Source: Eledone cirrhosa
Lineage: Eukaryota
Reading direction: 5' to 3'
Assembly (NCBI GenBank): GCA_964016885.1
Contig: OZ024742.1
Span: forward strand, 115,692,001 to 115,756,000
DNA: 64,000 bases
Part shown: in pieces, positions 24,758 to 37,876 of the stretch
Layout of the letters: every line of letters starts with the position of its first letter
Position numbering within the stretch: the stretch's first letter is position 1
Made by a program: the position numbers and the translations under genes
Notes under the pieces: generated by a model
Seen by the model: only the letters and a program-made list of their open reading frames with translations
The model's database searches: none
Told to the model about the DNA's origin: nothing

Positions 24758-27170
24758 ATAATTGGGAAGGGTCATATTTGTGTAATAATATTGCCAGAAT
24801 TAATAACAGAACACACTCACTCTTTGGTTGGTTTTCGCTTCTGTGTATATATCCGTTAATTTAATTTATTAGCTCCTCAATGTTGCCATTGACTGACCAA
24901 CGGTCACAAATACACATACAATATAGACACAAACACATATATATAGTCTATCGAACTTCTTTCGTTGCACATCTGCAACATTGTCAGTGGTGCTATTATG
25001 TTTCCTCCCGTTGCATTGTATGCTTACGCCATCTTTATTTAGTCGTTTATTTATTTATTTATTTGTTTTTTGTGTGTCTTCTCTGCGCATGCGTTTGCGT
25101 GTGTGTATAGTGTTTTGTTTGATGTGAGTTCTTGTTTGGGTGACTGTGTATTGATTAATGTATTCTATCTTAGTTTACTAGTGTGTGTTTATATGTGTTT
25201 GTTGTTATTGTGCTTGTGTATGTATTTATTTATTTATGTATTTATTCATTTATACTTCTCTTAGGTCAGTGTTGTTCGTTTGGGTATTGTTATTCCATTC
25301 ATTTTTTTCTGTTTAGCCTTGGCCTTCTAAGTTCTATTTTGCTGGCCTCTCTGATTTACCTATCTGCTGGGTCATATCTATGTTTAGGTATTATTCTAAC
25401 TTCTATGTTGTCTATGTTACCGTTGAGTTGTTGTTACCGTGTTTTCGTCCTTTTAGTTCCCCCCAGTGTTGGTCTATCCTTTCACCTATGCTACGAGCTC
25501 TCTCGCCTATATATGTTGTTGTCGTGTTTCTGCAAGTACCCTTTCTACATCTTATGCTATAGACTACGTTTCTAGTTTTACAGTTTATCCGGGGGTTTAC
25601 ACAACATATGATACATTTCCTATTAGTACATAGGGTTTTCTTAAAAGGGTGGTTTTTGCTGATTAGGGATTTTATGGTGGTTCCTGGCTTTTCTACCACC
25701 TTAATCTTTAAGTGGGTCTTTCTCAAAGCCTTTCTACACTGGTTAGCTAATTTCCCTCCAGGGGTATTGTCTACAAACATATCACTCTGGTATCTCCGGT
25801 TGTCGTGCCATGAGGTGGCTTTCCCTATCTTATGTCTAGTCCTATCTAAGCTATTCCATGATTTGCTCCTTTATAATGGGCAAATTCCTTTAATATCCAG
25901 TTCTAAGAGGGTCTGATACTTCTTCGTGGCTCCTTCGTATACTCTGATTCTGTCTCTTTGGTTGTAGCCAGTTGATGAAGTGTTGGATGTGTCATTCCAT
26001 TTATGCGGGTCGCACATGCGGGACATGTTCTTCATCACTCGTACAAAGTCTACGATCAGAATATTAAACTTAGCACTACTGGATATTGCAGAGTTTTTGA
26101 GTATCAGGTATTCGGAGGCCATGGGTTTAGCATAGTGTTAATCCATAGTTCTGTGTCTAATACAGGTAGTCTATTGTTAGAGTGTTTGGAAAGGTAGTCG
26201 ATAGTTACAGTTATACTCTGGTGAATGGAATAAGCTCTCTGCTGGATGCTTTCCATTGTGCCACGTTCTAAATCACACTTGTTAGTGCACTCTTGTGGGG
26301 ATGTCCTTATTTCTATACTGATGTGGTCTACGTAACCAGAGTACATGATGAGGTCTATGGAGCTCTCATCAAGGATATCTTTGAGTCTCCTTTCCCACCA
26401 TACCATAAAAATGTTGGCAATTGGCAACGTCACCGGCTATGCTGACGCCAATGGATGCTCCCTCATTTTGGGTGTAGATCTCGTTGAACTTGAATTTGTG
26501 GCCCTTTAGTGTAGTTTTGATACTAGCCCCTATTGCATGTGCGACCATTTTTCATACCTGATCATTGTTTTGGGGGGTCCGTATAACTTTGGTCCACCCA
26601 ATCCACCTTCCCATGGGAGTCTTTTTTGCCATTGAGGTTATGGTGGGGGGTCTACCTCTTATGGGTCTACTGGGGCAGAAACGTCTAAGGTCATGGCTGT
26701 ATAGGTAGTCAGTGTCGTAGGTAAGTCTAAGTAGGAGAACCAGTTCGTCTGTGTCGACGTCCACCTCACTCTCAATGATGATTTCCGCACATTTTTCCAC
26801 AATAAAATCAATGATGTAGTTCGGCATGCTGTCTATTGACATCCTACCAGACTTCTCCGTGGGTAGACATAATACCTCACCATCTTCTGTGCGCTGCCTG
26901 AGGCTAACCAAGCCTTCTACAGGTTTCCTCCCTAGTTGGTGGACCTCTGGTCTGCTCTGTCCCTTAGTATACCGGTCTACTATTTGTCTAATCTTATTTC
27001 TAGCTATGGTGAATTGTGCCTCGGTCTCGTCATATATTTGTTGTGGTATGCAAACTCTTTTATTAATGAGTAACCTCGTAAGATAGATATTACCCATCTT
27101 ATATGTTTTGTCAGCTAGGTTGAATAATAGTTTCTCTAAGCGGTTGTCCTTATATCTGTCGTCATATTTG
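24752..27170 (-). mobile_element. Degraded Penelope-like element (RT + GIY-YIG), body
   Basis: RT-like GASIGVSIAGDVANIFMVWW and YSGYVD (26104-26470), LPVLDT. GIY-YIG NCKTRNVVYSIRC...YIGERARSIGERIDQH (25412-25780). 3' UTR runs to (TA)n. Confidence 0.85.
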
Positions 27171-27175
27171 AGTGC

Positions 27176-28233
27176 CGAAGGAGCCACGGAGAAGTAAAAG
27201 ACACTCATAGAACTGGACATGAAAGGAATGTGCCCATTATACAGGAGCAAATCATGGAATAGCTTAGATAGGATTAGACATAAGATAGGAAAAGCCACCT
27301 CATGGTACTACAACCAGAGATAACAGAGTGTCATGTTTGTGGACGCTACCCCTGGAGGGAAATTAGCTAATCAGTGTAGAAAGGCCCTGAGAAACACCCA
27401 CTTAAAGATTAAGGTGGTAGAAAATCCAGGAACCACCATAAAATCCCTGATCAGCAAAACTTACCCTTTTAAGAAAACCCACTTTACTAATAGGAAATGT
27501 ATCATGTGTAGAGTAAACCCCCGGATAAACTGTAAAACTAGAAACGTAGTCTATAGCATAAGATGTAGAGAGGGTACTTGCAGAAACACGTCAACAACAT
27601 ATATAGGCGAGAGAGCTCGTAGCATAGGTGAAAGGATAGACCAACATTGGGGGGAACTAAAAGGACGAAAATACATGCGAGACAACAACTCAACGGTAAC
27701 ATAGACAACATAGAAGTTAGAATAATATCTAAACATAGAAATGACCCAGCAGATAGGCAAATCAGAGATTCCAGCGAAATAGAACTTAGAAGGCCAAGGC
27801 TAAACAGAAAAAAAATGAATGGAATAACAACACCAACACCAACAAACAACATTGACCTAAGGGAAGTATAAATAAATAAATAAATAAATAAACAAACTAA
27901 ATAAAGATGGCGTAAGCATACAATGCAACGGGAGGGAAAATAATAGCACCACTGACGATGTTGCAGATGTACAACGAAAGAACTTTGATAGGCAATATAT
28001 ATGTGTTTGTGTCTATATTGTATCTGTATTGTTGACCGTTGGTCAGTCAATGGCAACATTGAGGACCGAATAAATTAAATTAACCGATATAAAAGACACA
28101 GAAGCGAAAACCAACCAAAGAGTGAGTGTGTTCTGTTACTAATTCTGGCAATATTATTACACAAATATGACCCTCCCCAAGTATAACAATATTTGTTTCG
28201 ACACACGATTTCATATCAAAAACCTCGTAAAAC
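27176..28233 (+). mobile_element. Inverted pseudo-LTR of the same Penelope-like element
   Basis: Reverse-complement homolog of ~24752-25937, including the GIY-YIG ORF 27333-27704. Confidence 0.88.
27945..27992 (+). ncRNA. Degenerate minimal hammerhead ribozyme motif (mirror copy at ~24948-24994 on the minus strand)
   Basis: CTGACGA-t-gttgca-gatg-t(a/g)caac-GAAA-gaac-tt. The mirror copy has perfect stem II gttgca/tgcaac but core CTGACAA. Stem I is weak. Confidence 0.55.
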
Positions 28234-28261
28234 TATATATATATATATACATACATATATA

Positions 28262-28309
<48 letters not shown>

Positions 28310-29716
28310 TATTAGAAAGTGAGGTACCTTTAAAAAAATGAAAAATAACAGGTGTCCTACACGAGTGAAAGTATAAGGAAAAAATATGAAATCGAAAATG
28401 CAATTGGAGTCTTTTTTTTTTTTAAATATATATATTTATTTAGTTCCTTTACGGTTTCGTAGTTATTTTGCTTTTGCAAAGTAGAGTTGGGGGTCTGTGG
28501 TTTTTGTTACATCTGGTTGGTCTTTGAAAGTTACTTGTTTTATATGGAAAAAAGTGGCTCGAAATGCCACGTTTTTAGAGAAGTAATTTGATTGGTTGGT
28601 GAGTAAGTATAATAAATTTCGCGCCACTTCCTGTTACAAAGTTCTTTAAACAAAGGGGGGGGGGGCTCAGGTTTTGTTTTCATATATGAGTGAAGTTCGG
28701 TTGGTTGATGCAGTCAAGTGAATAAGCACATCAGCTTTCGCGCCAGTTTGTTTGAATTTCTTTTTACTTAAAAAAAGTGGCTCACGGGTGTTTTTTTTAT
28801 AAATGTAATTTGATTTATTATAAATGAAATTATGAGTGTCACGTGTACAAGTTCATTAAAAATCGCGCCGTATTTGGGAAATTATTGTGTAGCCTTTTAG
28901 AGAATGTTGTGCCAAACCAAAGATAATGGTCAGAGAAATGGGATGGGGAGAATTGTTCTGGTTCAGTGAATATGGCTGGTTCGCTGGGGTGTCAGAATTC
29001 AGACTTTCTATTGAAATAAAGAAAGTAGAGATATGTATGTTTATTTTTGTGCTTGTGTGTGTGTGTGTGTGTAGAAAGATGATTCTATTAGTAGAAATGG
29101 GAGAGGGAGTTGTGTGTGTGTGTATGGGTGTTATGTGTGTGTGTGTGCATGTGTGTGTTGGAGTATGGTTAGCATGTTAAGATGGAGGGAATATATATAT
29201 TTTGTGTGTGTATGTGTTATGTAAGTGTGGGGGTGGAGTATGGTTATCATGTTAAGATGGATACAATATATATATTTTGTGTGTGTGCATGTGTATGTGT
29301 GTGTAGGAAAATAATTCCGTTAGTAGAAATGGAGGAGGGAGTTGTGTGTGTGTGGGGGGGGATTAGCATATTAAGGTGTTAGAGTATTAACGTATGTTAA
29401 GGTTTATTTAGTTCTGGTTTTTATTTTCTAAAGTAGAAGGTGTTATGTGTGTGTGTATGTATGTGTTTGTTTGGATGGTTAGCATGTTATGGTGTTGACA
29501 TAATCTATATTAAACTATATTTAATGCTGGTCTATATTTTTGAATAAATATATTTCCCTTATTTATTCATAGTAGTTCAGTTGTATTGTCAGCGCAAAGG
29601 TAAACTTGGAAGACTTGGAATTTGGGTGTTTTATTACTTGCTCATATGTCTAGATGTGCACTTAGTGGTATCTGTTTCATGGTTGGATCTCGTAATTGTT
29701 GGCGATGAACTGTCAT
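28310..29716 (-). mobile_element. Inverted 5' pseudo-LTR of the second Penelope-like element
   Basis: 29535-29716 is the reverse complement homolog of 32642-32826. 28310-28380 is the reverse complement homolog of 29716-29789. Confidence 0.82.
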
Positions 29717-32700
29717 CCTAAATATTTTCACTCGTGTAGGACACCTCGGTTATTTTTCATTTTCTTAAAAAAAGACTCACTTTCTAATACATACCCACCA
29801 CACGAAGGACGAAAATGCCCCCAAAGTCTCAACAAAACGACAACTCACTGAACCAGGACATCTTAAATGAACTCAAAGAGATTTCCTCTAAACTTTCAAT
29901 TTTGACCAACAAAGTGGACCAAATACATATCTATAAAAAAGGACCCTACGAAGAAAGAAAAAAATACCCAAGAGACGAATATTACTCTAGCATTGACTAA
30001 ACTAATCGAAACCATTGAAACAGCAATGCTCCAGAAGCTGGAACAATCATTAGAACCCAATCTACGAGATGTCCACTAAGTGAAAAACACCCTAACCAAT
30101 ATATGGACTCAAAAGCTCACAGCCAGCAAATTCGCCTTTTCGAATCTCCTAAAAAATAATGGCAAGGCAGATATTTATGAAAAGCGGCTAAACTCTACCC
30201 CAATCATCCTCCCCTAAATGAACAACATACAGGTAAGCCATGTTTAAAACAAACTAAAACCCACACACCACACGCATAACAAATAACAAAAAAAGTAACA
30301 AAATGTCCAACATAGCCCCAGCAAAACTATGACGATAATCCCAGAACCTATAAATATAACTATAACCCTACTAACAAAAACCGAAGATCCCCCAACACAA
30401 GACAGGACCCGATCCGCACATCACAACCCACACAAAACCTATTCCAAAACCTTAGACCCCAACCCACACAGAATATGTTCCAAAATCGTAGATCCAACCC
30501 GCACAAAGGAACAAAACCTACAACCCGGACTATCAATAAACCGAACCTCAATAGATGTAATAATACCCTCTAAAAAATAATTCAGAAAACTAAATGTTTA
30601 GACCAAGGCTACAGGACCCACGAAACGCGGTGGCATAAACCGATTTTGAAAAACCGAAAATAATCAACCTTTCACATACAAACTTCTCAGCCCCAAAAAT
30701 AAAAATTCTCTCCAAAGGACTGAAATTCACACCAACACCACAATACTCTAACCTCAATGAGATAAATGCCGATATATCACACTTCTGTAGAAAATTACGT
30801 CTCACATAGGAATGTTTTGACAAGGAGAATAACGACTAATCAATTGTACGGAAAGAAAGCAGCTACATCCCAACAACAGGTAGAAATAGAGTTCTGGAGA
30901 AAAAGTGTGACCACATAGCAACTTTCCCATACCATGAACTACCGCAACCTAAACCCATACCAAACACGAGTCGACATTATAATTAAGGAAGCGGACAAGG
31001 GAAGTACTGTCGTCATTATGAATGATGAACAATACAAAAAAGTCTATGTTATCTCTCTTACAAAATACTAACTTCTATAAAAGAGTAAAACATTACCAGC
31101 AATCAGAAACGATGACCAGATAAAACACACTCATTTGTCGATACCAGGAAGACTTAACTAAAAAGGATTATTTAACACATTTTGAATACAAAACCAGCAA
31201 CCTTTACGGACTTCCGAAGATCCATAAGCGTAAAATAATTAACGATGCCTGTAAAACAATCCACCTCAACCTGCGTGAACACACAATACCCCACTGATCT
31301 TAAATTAAGACCAATTGTAGTGGGCCCACAATGTGAAACACACGGACTAAGCATCTTTATAGACATACTACTAAAACCAATTCTCAAACACATACCAAGC
31401 CTTGTAAGAGACGATCTGTACCTCTTAAACCACCTCCCTAAACATGTCAACAACGACACTATTATTGTGTCTTTCGATGTAGTGAATCTCTACACAACGA
31501 TCCCACGCCAATAAGGACTAGAAGCAATAGGATTCTGGCTAGAGAAATATCCCAATGAGATATATGACAGAATAGAAAAAAGCTTCATCACCGAGGGATT
31601 AACATTTATTTTACAAAACAACTTTTTCGATTTCGATGGCAGTACTTATAAGCAAATATCGGGGACTGCGATGAGTACAAAAGCCGCTCCAACTTATGCC
31701 AAATTAGTCATGGCATACTTGGAAGTCTAGATATATGAACAGTCCAAATCAAAATACGGATTGAACTTCCACAAATATTTATCATAGAATTGGAAACGCT
31801 ACTTGGATGATTGTCTCATTCGTTGGTCCCTCACACTCGACTAAATGATTTCAAAAATGTAATTAACGATATCAATAACCACATTCAATTCACAATGGAA
31901 TACAGCCAAGATCAACTCCAATTTCTGGACATCTTAATCTTTAAAAAAGACACAAATATTGAAACTGACATACACTACAAACCAACAGATTCCAAACAAT
32001 ACCTGCTATTCACCTCCAACCATCCAAAGCACACGAAGACAAACATTCCATTTAACCTAGCAAGAAGAATTTGCACGATTGTCTCCAATTATGAAACGCG
32101 AAATAAAAGACTTCAAGAATTAAAGGAAATTCTACTCGAAGGACAGTACCCACTATTACTAATAAATAATGGAATAGAAAGGGCTAAGGCAATAGGCATT
32201 GATGCATTACGAAAACAGAAACAAATTCAAGGTACGTCCAATATTCTATCATATATCTCAACACACATCCAAAGAAATACGGAAGCTTACAACACTATTC
32301 ACAAGAACATCCCACTATTGAAACAAGACCCAAGAATGAAAAAAAGCCCTTGAAACACACAAAATAATCAAAAGCAAAGGACAATCCAAATCACTAAAAA
32401 CATTACTCACCAATGCCAAATTACCTACCACGAAACACAACCAACTGTCAAAAAATGCGGTCGCTCTGATTGTGGAAACTGAACTCATCTCATTGAAGGC
32501 AACACGTATACATTTCAATCAGGCCAATATTTGCTGCAAAAAATCACTTCACTTGCTCATCAAAAAATCTACTTTATGCCATTAAATGTAAAGGATGCAA
32601 TGAAGATTATATAGGAAAAACTAAACTCACACTCAGAAACAGATGGCAGTTTATCGCCAACAATTACGAGATCCAACCACGAGACAGATACCACTAAGTG

Positions 32701-32826
32701 CACATCTAGACATATGCGCAAGTAATAAGACACCTACATTCCAAGTCTTCCCATTTTATCTTTGCGCTGACAATACAAAAGATCAAATACGAATAAATAA
32801 GGAAAATATGTTTTTTCAAAAATATG
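29716..32826 (+). mobile_element. Degraded Penelope-like element (RT + GIY-YIG), many stops and frameshifts
   Basis: YGLPKIHK (31205), LRPIV, VSFDVVNLYTTIP, YKQISGTAM, WKRYLDDC (31791), IQFTME, FLDILI, YKPTD...SNHP, LLYAIKCKGCNEDYIGKT (32570). Confidence 0.9.
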
Positions 32827-32829
32827 TTT

Positions 32830-33500
32830 ATTATATATATATATTTATTAAAATAACAGATTAAAGATTAAGCAAAGAATCGCTGCTTTCACCCTTAACT
32901 GGATCTTCTGAAACTAAAAAAATCAATCTGTGAACGCAGAAGTAAATATTTCAAAAAACGTTGCAACCGAAGGAATACAGGAAGACGATACTTTGGTTCG
33001 TGGAAACGTTCCCTGGCAAAGAACGGATAAAGACCAAGATAATACGTCATAATTTGGTGAAAACAATTACATGCAAAGACAAAACCACTTTTACAGTATA
33101 AATGAAGTCGGAGACTAATATTCTATCAGGTGGTTGTCTGGCAATGAGCGGAAAAAAACGAAGATAATACGTCATTATGTAGCGCATTGAGAAGAATTAG
33201 ACGCAAAGACAAAACCACGTATATTGTATAACTGAAGTCGTAGACTAAAATTCTATTAGGAAGCCGAATGATTCCCAGCTTCAGAGTTAAGAATAAAGTA
33301 AATAAATTACAGAGGTAATAGAAATTCAATTATACATGCGCGCAACAATATACGTACATACACAAGCATACGCGAAAGCACCCGCAATGGGTATGCCAAT
33401 ACAAGCACGTTCACGAAAAAAAACACACACACGCACGCACATACAGACCCGACGCAACGTATACGTACGTATACACATAACAATATATATTAAAAATATA
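32830..33500. repeat. Unclassified interspersed repeat end with internal ~126-bp-period direct repeats
   Basis: 32842-32911 matches 46078-46147 (tatttattaaaataacaga...gaatcgctgctttcacccttaa). aagataatacgtcat...gcaaagacaaaaccac...gaagtcg occurs at 33036 and 33161. Confidence 0.6.
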
Positions 33501-33599
33501 TACAGTACGGCCGCTGTGGTTGACGCCCCGAACACTCCCTCAAGCGAGTCCTGGCGGACAAAACCTCTGCAATTGATCTCGAATTATATCCAAATGAGA

Positions 33600-36500
33600 C
33601 CACCCGAGCTCATGTTATCCAAACATTTTGCCCGTATATTCTGGCCAGTTATTCTCTTTCGAAACATTATAACCACATATATGGTGTACTGTATTAGTGA
33701 TCTCTCAATTTGAAGAAATTGCGGCTCTACTTTTTTCTACGATTCTGATATCAGAGCTATGCATTTCATAGGCTAACGTTAGTACAGTGGCCGTTTGGAG
33801 GAACACCATTTTTGCCGCTTGTATTTACAATCGTATTCTTTCGGTCGTTACACATGATTCAGCATCATATGTATAGGTGGGTACGAATACCCTATTGGCG
33901 ATTAACTTTTACACCTACCTCCCTTCATATAATGGCCAAAGGTGTAACTGGCGCATTACTACACTAGCTCCTGCAAATGTTGCACTTAAATTAGCCTCCT
34001 GATATCCATTACTCGAGAAGATAACCCAGGTATGTGTCAACATCTCCCTATGCCTCACTTGAACCAAAATCACATTTACATTGCACTGCGCAGGCTTCCG
34101 TATATGGAATTAACTCTGTCCGTGAAGCACTTATTTGTATTACATCCGCGAGGCACTCGGTATAAAATATATCGTGTGCATGTCGGAGTTCAATTTCTGG
34201 CGTGTTAAATGATAACATATGCTCAGGAAGTTACAGTTGACTGAGTTCCCAGTCTTGATACCACTGCCATCCTAGCTGCAAATATTTATAAACTTCATAA
34301 ATAGTTTCGATTTAGCAGAATTTGTCCGAAAACATATATAAGGCAATTCTTATAGAGATATACAGACCTGCAGAACCTTCCAATGCAGGCCCCGTGAAAA
34401 GCAGTCATATGACGTTTCGAGGTCTACAAAGCAAGCATACACATCTTGGTATTATTCAAATACGATTTCACAAAGTTGCCGCAGTGCGTCTATCTCGTTG
34501 GCCGTACTGCGTTCGGGCCAAACACGTCACAATTCATTAGTTAGTTTGTACTCGACCAACTATCTACATAACTTTGCTAGTCACATCATAGATTTCACCG
34601 GGAAAGGCTTAACATGAATATACTAAGAATTGCTCTTGTTTCCTCTTTTGAAAATTGGTATTATCATTTCTGATTGGTAATGCATAGGTTCATTTCAAGA
34701 GATCCAGGTCACTCGGCAATCATTATTCAGCCAGAGTATCGCTTCTCTGTCTCTGGCTTTTAACATCTCGGGCCGAATATCATAATCAACAGAACATTGC
34801 AATATTTGAACTTTTTAATTGTTCTCGTGCCCACCTTAGCCTCCTAAATTTTAGAAATCGCTCCCAGATGCATCTCCTTTACATCAGATGCTGCTGTTCT
34901 GACCGTCTTTAGGAAATCCGCAATATATTCTCCGCACCATACGAGGATGCACCCTCTGATGTGAGGAGAGCCCCTGATGCTTCCCTGATAGCAAATGTGG
35001 AGAAGTACTTTTTATTAGCAAGTAGGTGATCTGAAAGGGGATTCCAGCTTATCTCCATATTCCTCCCATGTCTTAACTTTTGACGTATTTACTGTTTCTG
35101 CTTCAACGTTTCACGCCTGATGCAAGCAAGAGGATTTATTTTCAAGCCTATATTTCTAAGTCCCCTTCTATTCTAGGATGACAACTTCGACCTCATGATT
35201 TAATCAATGGGGCTTTAATCTGCCCGATATAGCACTAACTCGCTTTCACCCACAGCACATACGAACAGAGGCATTAGCTGCCACGCTAAACACTCTCCAA
35301 TCCGTTTCAACGTCCTTCTTTGCTCAAAGAGTTCTCTGAATTTGAATGCAACACTATTGGAATATCTGTTCCTAACATCCTCATTCGCAAACACTTCCCA
35401 TATTATCTTCTATGTCAACGTGGACCAGCCAGTAGTGTGTGCTTCCTCAGCTCTGGACCCATATTATCGTCTATGTCAACGTGGACCAGCCAGTAGTGTG
35501 TGCTTCCTCAGCTCTGGACCCATATTATCGTCTATGTCAACGTGGACCAGCCAGTAGTGTGTGCTTCCTCAGCTCTGGACCCATATTATCGTCTATGTCA
35601 ACGTGGACCAGCCAGTAGTGTGGGCTTCCTCAGCTCAAGATAGGCTCAAGCTGCACAAAAATAGATGTTGATCAGTTGATAGCCCAGCTTCTCTCTTAAC
35701 ATGAATATCCACTACACAATCAAAACGATTAGAGTCAATAACAAAGCTAATTATGTGTCTGCGTTCCTAAATTCCCTTATAGCATGTACATCTATGGATA
35801 TCTTTGTTCCGGACGAAGGTGATTATAATAGAGAGCCCATTACACAAATAGGATTGTCATAAGCCTTCTCCATTTGATTCAAATCAGGATCGCCGTTCTT
35901 TTAAATAACTCCTTTACATGTAAGGCCGTCATTTTCAATATGTGCATTGATGTCTCCCGTTAGGATATATGAATCAACTTACCTATATCTAACACTGAAG
36001 TATATTCCTCAAAGAAGAATGTGTGTTCAGATTCCTTTGTTTGTTTTTTGCAGAAATTTGCACTGTACACAGAGACGTATCTCTGAACACAGTCTTTAAG
36101 AGACAAAACACACCTCTGAATGAGATCATTTCCATAACACATTTTGGCAGCTAGGAGCTTGTGAGTATCCCCACTCACATCTGTACAGTAATTTCTTCCG
36201 TCAAACCTGAACAGCATTTTTCTATCCCCCGTCCAAATCTAGTAACAGAGCCACTGAACCCTGTTAAGTTAATCGATCATATAGAGACAGTAGCATCTGG
36301 CTTCTTCCACTATTTCCTGCTCTTACTTGTAAGAATCTTGATGTTTCATGTTCCAATGTTTAGGGTTTACTCCTTTCCAAAACCTCATTGCCGTTTCCAG
36401 ATACGCTATCTTTGTGCGTTCGTCCTACACCTCCCATTACATGTAGCAGGCTCATCAACTGTTCCTCCAGCATGAGAAGGAGGCTGCAATATTTTTCAAA

Positions 36501-36830
36501 AATGTTTCTCTATTTATGGACCGAACGCGTCCTCTGTTAATCAGGACAAAATGATGATATGCTTATCTTTTGTTACATCGAACCGTACTGCAGTTTTGGT
36601 GATCTTATTCGCACCAGTCACCAATCTTCGTTTTTAAGATCCCGAAGACTTGTCTGATTTAGTCGCGGCCTTTACTCTCCTTGTCGTAGCTATATCACTG
36701 GATTGTGAGAGTTTCCTTTGGAGCTATAATGTCTTCTATTGCCCCATCTTCCCTGTTACACAGGGGTTGCTTATTCGCAACTAACCACCATATATGTAAC
36801 TATATAGCTATCCGTCACATGTGACCCTTT
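33600..36830 (-). mobile_element. Old RTE-type LINE relic (APE + RT), heavily mutated
   Basis: Minus-strand remnants TFVRNKDIHRCT...VVDIHVKREAGLSTDQHL (APE C-terminus, ~35660-35830) and DIRPEMLKA (~34757-34785), plus IIPIFKRGNK-like RT start. Boundaries approximate. Confidence 0.65.
35397..35636. repeat. 61-bp tandem repeat, ~3.9 near-identical copies
   Basis: cccatattatcgtctatgtcaacgtggaccagccagtagtgtgtgcttcctcagctctgga repeated with period 61. Confidence 0.97.
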
Positions 36831-36841
36831 CTTTAGCACAG

Positions 36842-36844
<3 letters not shown>

Positions 36845-36904
<60 letters not shown>

Positions 36905-36928
36905 TCTCTATATATCTATCTATCTCTA

Positions 36929-36976
<48 letters not shown>

Positions 36977-37050
36977 TAGAGAGAAAGAGAGGGATGAGAA
37001 AGAGAGAGGGGGAGAGAGAGATAGAGATAGATAGATATTTATATATATCT
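36845..37050. repeat. (CT)n/(TA)n/(GA)n compound microsatellite
   Basis: Direct reading. Confidence 0.9.
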
Positions 37051-37729
37051 AGACATATAAATATACAATTCAGGAATAATTGAATTAATGTTATATTGAT
37101 TTATTTCATATATGATTTATTATGTTTCAAACATTAGAAATAATAAATTTACACACAAAATATGTCATAATTACTGTTTACATACGAAAATCCTAATTTT
37201 TATTTCCTCATAAAGAATACTCAATGTAATTAAACTTCCATGTAAACATTGTAGGTATTTTTATAAGCTCTTACACGTAATCAATCATGAAATCTCATCC
37301 ATATATCCATATATTCTGTTTATTGCCTTATAATTCCCTTGTGAAGAAGAAACGTAGCTAAAGGTAACTCTCCTTCTAAAAATCAAAAGAACCATATACA
37401 CTTCAAAAGTAATGAGCAACGAGGAATTTATTCATTCCAACATGTTTACATCCTTTTTAATGTTCATTTTTGATAACTATCGATTAGCACATCTGATTTT
37501 GTGATCAATATTTATATGGGCTGCACGACCAAGTTATTTTTCCTAAAGGAACGCAATTCAATGAACCACCGCATATCAGTATAAGAAATATGGGATTGTG
37601 GACGCACAATCTCACATACATACACACGCAGATAAAAACGTACATACAGACACTGACACACACATACACACACACACACGCACACAAACATACATGCACT
37701 GATGCGCACGTGCACGTATACATATATGC

Positions 37730-37812
<83 letters not shown>

Positions 37813-37876
37813 ATATATAAATATATATATATATATGATATATATGTATATATATGTATATATATATATATATATA

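Noticed and set aside
35397-35636. CRISPR-like array
   Set aside because: Units repeat end to end with no unique spacers, the context is eukaryotic, and there are no cas genes.
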